This document shows positions 47,831 through 55,742 of a stretch of DNA of 64,000 bases, piece after piece. The stretch lies in assembly GCA_028864975.1 (NCBI GenBank), contig JAGWLG010000011.1:1-64000 (forward strand). Reading direction: 5' to 3'. The position numbers and the translations under genes were made by a program. This stretch comes from Thermoplasmata archaeon (GTDB taxonomy: Archaea; Thermoplasmatota; Thermoplasmata; Lutacidiplasmatales; UBA184). The number at the start of each line of letters is the position of its first letter. Position 1 is the first letter of the stretch. The notes under the pieces are model-generated. The model was not told where the DNA came from. It searched no databases and saw only the letters and a list, made by a program, of their open reading frames with translations.

Positions 47831-48952
47831 ATGGCGACAGTCGCGATCGGTCCCATCTTCCTCGGTGTCGGGGTCCTCATCGTCCTCGTGGTCGTCCTGA
47901 TCCTGGTCTGGCGCGTCATCGTGCCGATGTGGGTGAAGCGACGCCAGGCCCAGGTCGCCGAGGGGACCGCCTGGATCGAGGACCGGGCCTGGAACCAGAT
48001 CCAGGCCGCGAAGGCGCTCGCGGACTTCCTCGACCGGGAAGGGACCGACATCCGAGAAGCGGTCGTGCAGATCGAGGTGGCCACGGGAAAGTACGAGATG
48101 AGGCGCTACGTGGAGGCGCAGCGGCTTGCGAAGGAGGTCACCGAGAAGCTCGCGGCTCGCCGCAAGCGCCCCCGCGAAACCCCGGGCGCCTCGACCCCCA
48201 AGCCGGTCGGCAAGCCGATCGTCGAGCCCGAACCCGAGGGCCCCACGCACCGAGACCTTGCCCGAAGGGTGGGCGACCCCGACCCCGAGGAGAGGCCCTC
48301 CCCGACCCGAGGGTCTATCTCCTCCCCTCCGCTCCGGGCCACCGAAGCTGGAGCGGGGGGAGACGTGGAGCACGACGAAGAGGAGGGGAGCGCTCCACCG
48401 GAGGAGATCGAGGACGGGACGATCACCGCCGAGCGCGCGAAGCGACCGAAGGACTTCATGGAGGCACGTTTCATGCTAACTTCGCTCCAGAACGACCTCG
48501 ATGCGGCTCCCGCCGAGCGGAAGCAGGACCCGGCGGTCCGGGAGGCCCGCGACTGGGCCCAGAAGAGCCAGGCTTCCTTCGACCGGAAGGACTACACCGA
48601 GAGCCTGCGTCTTGCCATGCGGGGACGAAGGAGGCTCGGCGGGGCCGGGATCTCGACCATCAGTGTTGGGGCGGGGACCGTCGTCGAGGCTCCCCCGGAG
48701 GAGCTCTCCCCTACGGCGCGCCGCTCCTCGGCTCCACCCCCAACGGCCGCCACCTCCGCGCCCCCTTCCGCCACGGCCCCAACGTCCCCGGCGATGTCGT
48801 GTGGCCGGTGCGGTCGGGTCAACAACTCCGGGGACCGGTTCTGTCGGGGCTGCGGAGCCATGCTGGCTCCTCCCAGCTGTCCCCGGTGCCACCGCCCTGT
48901 GGAAGCGGACGACAGGTTCTGCCACGGCTGCGGAAGCCCGCTCGGGGGCTGA
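47831..48952 (+). CDS. Membrane-anchored protein with C-terminal double zinc ribbon
   Basis: N-terminal TM helix, two helical repeats, then CGRCG...FCRGCG...CPRC...FCHGCG. Confidence 0.8.
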   Translation: MATVAIGPIFLGVGVLIVLVVVLILVWRVIVPMWVKRRQAQVAEGTAWIEDRAWNQIQAAKALADFLDREGTDIREAVVQIEVATGKYEMRRYVEAQRLAKEVTEKLAARRKRPRETPGASTPKPVGKPIVEPEPEGPTHRDLARRVGDPDPEERPSPTRGSISSPPLRATEAGAGGDVEHDEEEGSAPPEEIEDGTITAERAKRPKDFMEARFMLTSLQNDLDAAPAERKQDPAVREARDWAQKSQASFDRKDYTESLRLAMRGRRRLGGAGISTISVGAGTVVEAPPEELSPTARRSSAPPPTAATSAPPSATAPTSPAMSCGRCGRVNNSGDRFCRGCGAMLAPPSCPRCHRPVEADDRFCHGCGSPLGG

Positions 48953-49009
48953 ACGCTCTCGCGAGGCCCCCTGGCGAGGCTGGTCCCGACGCAAGAGGAG
49001 GGACACGTC

Positions 49010-49975
49010 TTGCTCCAGGACCCGACGCTTGCGTGGTTGCTCGAACGCGAGCAGCCCGCCGTGCGCTACCGCGCCCTGACCGAGCTCCTGGGAAGGCCGA
49101 AGAGCGACCCCCAGGTCCGCGAGGCCCGGGCGGAGATCCCTCGGCGGGGGTGGGCCGCGGACCTCCTCGCAAGGCGGGACCCGGGGGGTTGGTGGGTGAG
49201 CCCGAAGAGCCTCTACACGCCGAAGTACCTCAGCACGAACTGGCAGCTGCTGGTCCTCTCCGACCTTGGCCTCACGCGGGCCCATCCCCAGATCCGGCGG
49301 TCCTGCGAGCTCTGGATGAAGGTCTTCGCGCTCGAGGGAGGGGGCGTGGGAAGGAACTCGAAGGGAAAGGGCCACCACTGCGTCGTGGGCAACATGACCC
49401 GGGCGCTGATCCGGTTCGGGTACGTGGACGACCCTCGCATTCGACGGAGCCTCGAGTGGCTGGTCCAAACGGCCCACCCACGCGGGGGATGGTCCTGTTT
49501 CAGCGACTACTGGGCCGGGCGGAACCTCGACTCGTGGGAAGGCCTCTCCGCCTTTACGGTCTACCCGCGGTCGAAGTGGTCCCCGGCGATGAAGGAGTGC
49601 GTCCAGAAGGGGGCCGAGTTCTTTCTGGAACGGGAGCTACATCGCCAGGGTGCGCGCTACGCGCCCTGGTACCGCCTCCACTACCCGGTCCACTACTACT
49701 ACGACCTGCTGGTGGGTCTGGACGTGCTGACCGCCCTGGGCTACGGGTCGGACCCTCGCCTGAGCTTCGTGTTGAAGTGGCTGCGCTCTAAGCGACGCAG
49801 GGATGGGCGGTGGGACCTCGACGCCCAGCATCCGGATGCGGGGGGCGCCTACGGTCGATGGATGCGGGAGCATCCCCGACAACGACCGACCCCGCTCGTC
49901 CTGGAAAGGCCCGGAGAACCGAGCAAGATGGTCACGCTGCGTGCCCTCACGGTGCTCTTGAGGGTGGGGGGCTGA
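49010..49975 (+). CDS. Prenyltransferase/squalene-cyclase-repeat (alpha-alpha barrel) protein of unknown function, paralog 2
   Basis: Collinear with 17843-18805: YTPKYLSTNWQL, GGWSCF, HYPVHYYYDLLVGL and KRRRDGRW. Confidence 0.75.
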   Translation: MLQDPTLAWLLEREQPAVRYRALTELLGRPKSDPQVREARAEIPRRGWAADLLARRDPGGWWVSPKSLYTPKYLSTNWQLLVLSDLGLTRAHPQIRRSCELWMKVFALEGGGVGRNSKGKGHHCVVGNMTRALIRFGYVDDPRIRRSLEWLVQTAHPRGGWSCFSDYWAGRNLDSWEGLSAFTVYPRSKWSPAMKECVQKGAEFFLERELHRQGARYAPWYRLHYPVHYYYDLLVGLDVLTALGYGSDPRLSFVLKWLRSKRRRDGRWDLDAQHPDAGGAYGRWMREHPRQRPTPLVLERPGEPSKMVTLRALTVLLRVGG

Positions 49976-49979
49976 AGAG

Positions 49980-50630
49980 CTGCCAGCCCTCCCTGCCCCC
50001 CGGTCCACAACAGCCGCGGGGCCTCCCGGGTACGAGGGGCGCTTCGACCTCGCAGGCTGGGACCTGATCCATGCCCTCGGGCGGCAGAGCAAGCGCCTCC
50101 CCCGAAGGGAACGTGCTCTGATCGATCTGGGCATGGGCCGCGGACGTGACCTGATCTTCCTCTCGCGCCACGGTTTCCGGGTCCTGGGGGTGGACCGTGA
50201 CCCGATGGCGATCGCGAGGGCCCGGCGGCGGGCGGCAGGTCTCGGGCTGCCTATACGAACGGAGCTCGCGGACCTTCGGACCTACCGGCTCCGGGGCTCC
50301 TACGAGGTCCTCTTCTCCTCCTCGGCCCTGAACCACCTGCCGCCCAGCGGACGGGCACGACGCTTCGCCCACTTCCAGCGTGCGACCGTCCCGGAGGGGA
50401 TCCACGCCATCAACGTGTTCGACGCGAAGGAGTACGCCCGACCGTCGCCGGACATCGATCCCGGAGGACTCCCCTTCCGCCGGGGGGAACTTCGGTCCTA
50501 CTACCGCCGCTGGTCGGTCCTCGAGGACCGCGAACTCGCTCTGGAGTGCAGGTTCGGTGGCCGTCCCCATCGGCACTTCTGGCAGGTGATCGTCGCGCAG
50601 AAGCCCAAGTCAGGGGCCATGACGAGGTAG
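49980..50630 (+). CDS. Class I SAM-dependent methyltransferase (TehB-like)
   Basis: The frame is open upstream of the track ATG; motif I is IDLGMGRGRD, followed by VLGVD, ADL and PEGIHAI. Start uncertain. Confidence 0.72.
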   Translation: MPALPAPRSTTAAGPPGYEGRFDLAGWDLIHALGRQSKRLPRRERALIDLGMGRGRDLIFLSRHGFRVLGVDRDPMAIARARRRAAGLGLPIRTELADLRTYRLRGSYEVLFSSSALNHLPPSGRARRFAHFQRATVPEGIHAINVFDAKEYARPSPDIDPGGLPFRRGELRSYYRRWSVLEDRELALECRFGGRPHRHFWQVIVAQKPKSGAMTR

Positions 50631-50672
50631 CCAGCCCCGCTCCTCCTCGAGGGCGGGTCCGAGCGCGAAACC

Positions 50673-51995
50673 TCAGGCGAACTGCTCGAGCCGCCTCTGG
50701 TGCTTCCAGTCCTTGAGCCAGTGGCTCTGGGTGAGCCATCTTCCCACGGGGATCTCGAAGAACGAGGAGATCCTGCGGACCACGTCTTCGTAGGTCGCCA
50801 GCCGCTCGGGTGGATGGGTCAGCGCGGCGCGGACGTGCTCCCGGACGTTCCAGACCCCGAGGGGCATGACCTGCTCCGGATGGGTCTCCCGCAGGACGAC
50901 AACGCCCGCCTGCCGCTGCAGGCACTCGAGGTGCTCGCTCGTCGCCAGTCGGGCCGCGTAGTAGCACCCCCCCATCCCGGCGTAGGTGGTCCGCCCCTGG
51001 TTCCCCTCCCAGTCCCCCAGCATGACGACCTGCTCCCCGAGGGGGTTCCAGAGCGTGCCAGGGTACCAGGCCTCGATCGATTCGTATCTCCAGGCCCCAG
51101 GAAGCAGGAGCAGGAACCAGCGGTCCCCGAGGGCGTTCAGCGTGTAGAGAAGGAACTCGGAGAGCTCGGGAAGGTCCCGAACCTGCTCCAGGTTCTCCTT
51201 CGAGAGGAGGTCGTCGACCGCCGTGATCGACCAACGCGTGGGGACGAACCTCCGATGGCCACGACGTCCGAGGGTCCCGGCGCTGAAGGCGCGTTGGATC
51301 CGGGAAACGGGTACCTCCTTCTCGTAGAGCTCGGCCACCCCGATCCGGGCCGTCGCGTGAAGGTCATCGGAGGCCTTCTCCAGGCGAGCGTCGACCTTCC
51401 TCACCTCCGAGCGGAAGTCGTCCAGGGGGGCCGACGCTCCGAAGGGCGGAGCTTCGTCGGAGAGCTCCAGGCGGACGCGGGGAGCCCGGTGGAAGTGGGC
51501 CTCGGTCTCCGCGCTGTCTTGGGCGAGCGCCACCAGCTGGACATCTTGGATGAGCCGCGTGCCGCTCTCGGCGTCCGTGACCTTCACGGGGGCGGTCCCA
51601 CGCACCAGGGAGGTACGGTAGTTCACGATCTCCTGGAGGGGCCGTCCGACCCAGCGCTCGGGCGTATCGTAGAGGAGCGTGTCCCCGTGCTCCGGAGAGA
51701 GGAGCGGACCGATGCTCACGTGGGGGTAGCCGATCCTGCCGACGAAGATCCCCGGGGGCGTGCTCCCCTCCCAGTCCTTCTGCCCGAGCATCGGGAGGGT
51801 CCTCCCCAGGCCATTGTAACGAAGGAGGAGCGGACAGACCGGTTTCCCGCAGAGGAGCTGAGCCGAACGGCACCTCAGGCACATCGTCGGGTCCTCTCGG
51901 AGCCCGGGGATGGTCCAGATCAGAGAGGGGTCGGACGAGGCCCCGGGGAGGGGAGAGCTCACCCGACGGCTCTCGGGGAAGATGTCCGTGCTCAT
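50673..51995 (-). CDS. nreA: DNA repair protein NreA (PCNA-interacting)
   Basis: N-terminal CLRC...LCG..CP zinc finger, GSTPPGIFVG, VPTRWSITAVDD, GGCYYAARL and a C-terminal PIP box QRRLEQF. Confidence 0.9.
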   Translation of the reverse strand: MSTDIFPESRRVSSPLPGASSDPSLIWTIPGLREDPTMCLRCRSAQLLCGKPVCPLLLRYNGLGRTLPMLGQKDWEGSTPPGIFVGRIGYPHVSIGPLLSPEHGDTLLYDTPERWVGRPLQEIVNYRTSLVRGTAPVKVTDAESGTRLIQDVQLVALAQDSAETEAHFHRAPRVRLELSDEAPPFGASAPLDDFRSEVRKVDARLEKASDDLHATARIGVAELYEKEVPVSRIQRAFSAGTLGRRGHRRFVPTRWSITAVDDLLSKENLEQVRDLPELSEFLLYTLNALGDRWFLLLLPGAWRYESIEAWYPGTLWNPLGEQVVMLGDWEGNQGRTTYAGMGGCYYAARLATSEHLECLQRQAGVVVLRETHPEQVMPLGVWNVREHVRAALTHPPERLATYEDVVRRISSFFEIPVGRWLTQSHWLKDWKHQRRLEQFA

Positions 51996-52071
51996 CGTTG
52001 GACCGACAAAGTACGGTCGTGGTGCTCAAATAGAGCGACCAGATGGTGAAACGGTCCGCCACGTGCGGCTT

Positions 52072-52146
52072 GGGTCTGTGGGCTAGCTTGGTCTAGACTT
52101 GGGCGTTCGGGACGCTCAGACTCCGGTTCAAATCCGGACAGACCCA
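52072..52146 (+). tRNA. tRNA-Pro (anticodon CGG), intronless
   Basis: Acceptor GGGTCTG/CAGACCC plus discriminator A, anticodon arm GGGCG-TTCGGGA-CGCTC, T-arm TCCGG-TTCAAAT-CCGGA. Confidence 0.94.
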
Positions 52147-52299
52147 TACTCATCAAGGCCGCCCGCTCTCGCCCTCTCTTCTCGACCCCTCCTCGCGGGA
52201 AGGGTCGGTCAAGCCCGAGAGGCCTTCCCTTCCCTTCCCCGCCTCCGTGCGTATGACCGACAGCTCCGGCCGAGGCGAGACGGATCGGCATGCGGGAGC

Positions 52300-53196
52300 T
52301 CAAGCGAGGAGATGGTCGAGATACCCCGAAACCCCATCAAGGTCGCGAACGGGGGGCGGGAAGGACATTCGTTCACCAAGATCCCGGGCGAGCCAGGAGA
52401 AGAGGTCGCGTCCTGACCTCAGCGCGTCCGCGATCGACCCCCGGTCGTATCTTGCGACGGTGCGGGAAAAGTCACGTACGGCGCGCGGATCCGCCCACGT
52501 TTCGAAGAACCTCGCATCATGCCAAACGTCCACGGCACGGTTGCTTCTCGCTAGGGCGTGCCATCGCACCATCTGGACCAGCAGGACTCGCAGGTACCCG
52601 TTGGTGGCACCCAACGATGTGAGGAGCTCGCCTCGCCGGAGCTTCTTGGCGGTCCAGATGAGATGGAACCAGTAGTCGTTCGAGAGATTGGCGAACTCGT
52701 CCGACGTAGGCAGCTTCGGCGGCTCCGCCTTCACCGCCGTGGGCATGACGATCCCGTCCTTGTTCGTCAGGACCCGGAACCCGCGTGCCAGGACCTCGGC
52801 CGCGCCGGGGGTCCGGAGGACCACCTCCTCGGGGTGGCGCATTAGCCGTTTCAGAGCGTAGTAGAGGAAGAGCGAACCCCGCCCCACGAAGGGGAAGACC
52901 GCCAGATCCACATCCTGGCCGTCCTCGAAGAGCACGCGGACCTCCTCCCCCGAGCCCAAGCCGTTCGGCTCGCGATGGACGGTCCAGGGACGGCCCAGCT
53001 TCTCAACCCACGCAAATTCGCGAAGCAGCAGACCGGGCTGACGGACGAAGAGCGCGACGTCAATGTCCGAGAAGGCGTCCGCCGGTCTATTCGTTCGCGC
53101 TTGCGAACCCACGAGGATCGCCAGGCGGACGTTCCCGTCGGCTTCCGACCAGTGTGCAAGGCGGGGGATCCACTCAGCGGCAGGAGGCGCGGGCAT
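52300..53196 (-). CDS. Aminoglycoside 6-adenylyltransferase (AadK/ANT(6))-like nucleotidyltransferase
   Basis: LVGSQAR...DAFSDIDV (GS...DxD), VLFEDGQDVDL, VLTNKDG, FANLSNDYW...KKLRRGEL and FETWAD. Start at MPAPP (53196). Confidence 0.75.
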   Translation of the reverse strand: MPAPPAAEWIPRLAHWSEADGNVRLAILVGSQARTNRPADAFSDIDVALFVRQPGLLLREFAWVEKLGRPWTVHREPNGLGSGEEVRVLFEDGQDVDLAVFPFVGRGSLFLYYALKRLMRHPEEVVLRTPGAAEVLARGFRVLTNKDGIVMPTAVKAEPPKLPTSDEFANLSNDYWFHLIWTAKKLRRGELLTSLGATNGYLRVLLVQMVRWHALARSNRAVDVWHDARFFETWADPRAVRDFSRTVARYDRGSIADALRSGRDLFSWLARDLGERMSFPPPVRDLDGVSGYLDHLLA

Positions 53197-53560
53197 CTTC
53201 ACGGGACCCGTCTCCGGGTTCTTGATGGTGCCGTCGCGGTGGTGGCACCTTTGTTCCTCCTTGAGCCCGGATGGCCCGAGCACCGCCCCCGCACGTCAAT
53301 AGGGGGGGCTCTTCGCGTCTCGCCGGGACCGGATAGTCTCGTGCCGCCCCTCGGTTCAGTCGCGATGCCAGAGCCCCGATGGACGAGGACAGGCGGCGCC
53401 CATCCCTATCCACCCAGGAATCTCCCGTTGTTCTCGTCACCTCTCTACCTTTCCCCTGGTCAAGGCGCCCGTTCGTGATGTCCGGTTCTGACCCGCGTGG
53501 AACCCTGAGGGTCCAGCAGCGCGTGGGACTGACCCTCGGGACACCCGCCCCTCGGGGGAT

Positions 53561-53580
53561 GAATTGGAATCCACCAATTC
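53561..53580. promoter_or_regulatory. Putative transcription-factor operator upstream of the mfnB operon
   Basis: GAATTGG-AATCCA-CCAATTC: perfect 7-bp AT-rich inverted repeat, directly followed by TCTAAG, 78 nt before the mfnB ATG. Confidence 0.55.
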
Positions 53581-53657
53581 TCTAAGACCTCCCAGCCGAG
53601 ATGAGGCTCGAACCGGCCCAACTCCTCGAGGGCGAGGGCGGTCAAGAGCGTGGGACC

Positions 53658-54422
53658 ATGATGTTGATGGTGAGCGTCCAGGACCTCAAGGAGGCCCGAG
53701 AGAGCGTCGCCGGCGGCGCGGACATCGTCGATGTCAAGAACCTCCAGGAGGCGCTGGTCGGTTCCAACTTCCCCCCGGTGGTCCGTGAGGTCCGAAGGGC
53801 GTTCCCGAAGCGCATCCACGTGAGCGTAACCTTGGGGGTCGCGCCCAACCAACCCGGCACGGTGGCCATGGCCGTGTATGGCGCCGCCGCGCTCGAGGCG
53901 ACCTCGGTCAAGGTCGGGTTCGTCCAGACGCACTACGCCACGGCGCTCGACATCCTCAAGGAGAGCCGAAGGGCGCTCGAAGGCTCGCAGACGAAGCTCA
54001 TCGCCGCGACCTTCGCGGACGCTCCCCTTTTCCCCGGTGGCATCGACCCCAAACTGGTGGTCCGACTGGGGAAGGAGAGCCGCAGCGATGGGATCCTCAT
54101 CGACACCCTGACCAAGGATGGCAGGAACCTCTTCGACTTCCTGGACGAGGCCACGCTTCGTTCGCTCGTCACCGAGGGCAAGGAGGCGGGGATGAGCACG
54201 GCCCTCTCCGGTCACCTGAGGATCCCGAACCTGAACGCCCTCGTCCGGATCAACCCGGACATCGTGGGGGTCCGGGGCGCGGTCTGCGCCAACGGGGACC
54301 GGGAGAAAGGCGCGGTCGCCGCCTCGGCCGTAGCGAGGCTCCGCACCGAGCTTGACGCGAGGCTCACCGGCAGGGTCGATGTCTACTCGGAACCTGGCCC
54401 CCCCGACGTGCTGGTGGCCTGA
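53658..54422 (+). CDS. mfnB: (5-formylfuran-3-yl)methyl phosphate (4-HFC-P) synthase
   Basis: MLMVSVQDLKEA...GADIVDVKN..EALVGSNFP..V, VSVTLG, VKVG, LIDTLTKDG..LFDFL, ALSGHL and DIVGVRGAVC..GDR match the MfnB/DUF556 pattern, including both Asp/Lys catalytic sites. Confidence 0.9.
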   Translation: MMLMVSVQDLKEARESVAGGADIVDVKNLQEALVGSNFPPVVREVRRAFPKRIHVSVTLGVAPNQPGTVAMAVYGAAALEATSVKVGFVQTHYATALDILKESRRALEGSQTKLIAATFADAPLFPGGIDPKLVVRLGKESRSDGILIDTLTKDGRNLFDFLDEATLRSLVTEGKEAGMSTALSGHLRIPNLNALVRINPDIVGVRGAVCANGDREKGAVAASAVARLRTELDARLTGRVDVYSEPGPPDVLVA

Positions 54423-54432
54423 GGGAGCGAAC

Positions 54433-54699
54433 ATGCCTCCTGTCGCACTGACCATCGATGGGACGGACCGGACCTGCAAGGGGGTCATCGCGAAGCTCGA
54501 GACCGGCCTCCATGACCTTCCAGTGGGGAGCCTCTTCATGGCGATCGTCGGCGACGTACCGACCCGTGTCGATGTGCGGGCCTGGGCCGACCGGAGGGGG
54601 CACCGCGTGCTCGAGGACCGTACCCGCGATCGAGGAGGCGGCTTCGAGCTCCTACTCGCCAAAGGGCCTTCCATGGACCACGGCGAGATCGGGAGCTGA
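54433..54699 (+). CDS. TusA/SirA-like sulfur carrier protein
   Basis: IDGTDRTCKGV..KL (CPxP-like Cys), DVPTRVDVRAWADRRGHRVL, FELLLAK. SD GAGGGAG, 10 nt after the mfnB stop. Confidence 0.72.
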   Translation: MPPVALTIDGTDRTCKGVIAKLETGLHDLPVGSLFMAIVGDVPTRVDVRAWADRRGHRVLEDRTRDRGGGFELLLAKGPSMDHGEIGS

Positions 54700-54710
54700 G
54701 GGAGGGGGCG

Positions 54711-55742
54711 ATGAGGTACACCCGGAAGGAGGCGAAGTCCTGGGCCCGTGAGAAGATGGTCGGTCAGTGGACGACCATGATGACCCCCTTCTCCACGGAC
54801 GGGGAGCTGGACCTTCGCGGACTCGCCTCCAACATCGAGCGCGTTCTCCAGCTCGGCACGAAGGGGCTGGGCTTCTCCTGGAACATGGGGGAGTTCTGGA
54901 GCCTGACCCACGAGGAGCGGCTTCGTCTCATGGAGGCGGTCCCTCCTCTCGTCCGCGGCCGTGCCTTGACCGCCTTTCAAGTGACCCACACGTCTGAGCG
55001 CGAGGTGGTCGCGCTCGCCCGACGAGCTCAGGAGCTGGGGTACGACCTAGCGATCCTCGCGGCCCCCTACATCATGACGAAGACCGAGGAGCAGGTCCTG
55101 GACTTCGTCTCCCGCGTTGCGAATCAGGTGGACCTGGGCCTGGCGTTCTACAACTCTCCTCAGTTCGGCATCGTCCTCTCGGCCAAGGCCCTTTCCACGA
55201 TGGCGGATCTTCCGACCCTGGTCGCCATCAAGGAAGCGAGCTTCAACCTCTCCCTCTCGATCGACACGCACCTGCAGGCCGGGGCGAAGGCGGTGGTCAG
55301 CGTGCCGGACGAGGAGATCTTCTTCGTCGGGGAGCCGTACGGGATCCACCAGCAGGTGATGTTCGCCAACACCAGCGACTGGCGCTTCGACACCCCCTCC
55401 CGGCATGACTACGTCCGGTTCATCGACCTCGCGACGCGCGGCGACCTCGAGGAGGCGCGGGCCCTCTATCCCAGGATCTGGCCCGTGAAGCGCGTCTCCC
55501 GGAAGTGGTGGGGAAAGCTCGCCGGCAGGACCGGTGGTGCCCTCCCTGTCCAGATGGTGAAGTACTGGGGGGAGCTAGTCGGGATGGTCCATGGGCCGGT
55601 CCGCCCCCCGGTCCTGCCGCTCACCTCGGCGGAGATGACGGAGCTCCGCTCAGACCTGGAGCCCCTCGGGCTCCTCCAGGGAGGACAAGAGAGGTCCAAG
55701 GGGGGAAGGGCATCGTATGGTCCTGCCATCATCGCGCCCTGA
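54711..55742 (+). CDS. Dihydrodipicolinate synthase (DapA)-family class I aldolase, non-DHDPS subfamily
   Basis: TPFSTDGELD, GEFWSLTHEER, FYNSP and AIKEAS (Schiff-base Lys); the GTTGE motif is replaced by WNMGE. Confidence 0.85.
   Translation: MRYTRKEAKSWAREKMVGQWTTMMTPFSTDGELDLRGLASNIERVLQLGTKGLGFSWNMGEFWSLTHEERLRLMEAVPPLVRGRALTAFQVTHTSEREVVALARRAQELGYDLAILAAPYIMTKTEEQVLDFVSRVANQVDLGLAFYNSPQFGIVLSAKALSTMADLPTLVAIKEASFNLSLSIDTHLQAGAKAVVSVPDEEIFFVGEPYGIHQQVMFANTSDWRFDTPSRHDYVRFIDLATRGDLEEARALYPRIWPVKRVSRKWWGKLAGRTGGALPVQMVKYWGELVGMVHGPVRPPVLPLTSAEMTELRSDLEPLGLLQGGQERSKGGRASYGPAIIAP

Noticed and set aside
54711-55742. dapA / lysine biosynthesis
   Set aside because: The GTTGE motif is not conserved and no dap/lys genes are nearby, so no gene symbol was assigned.
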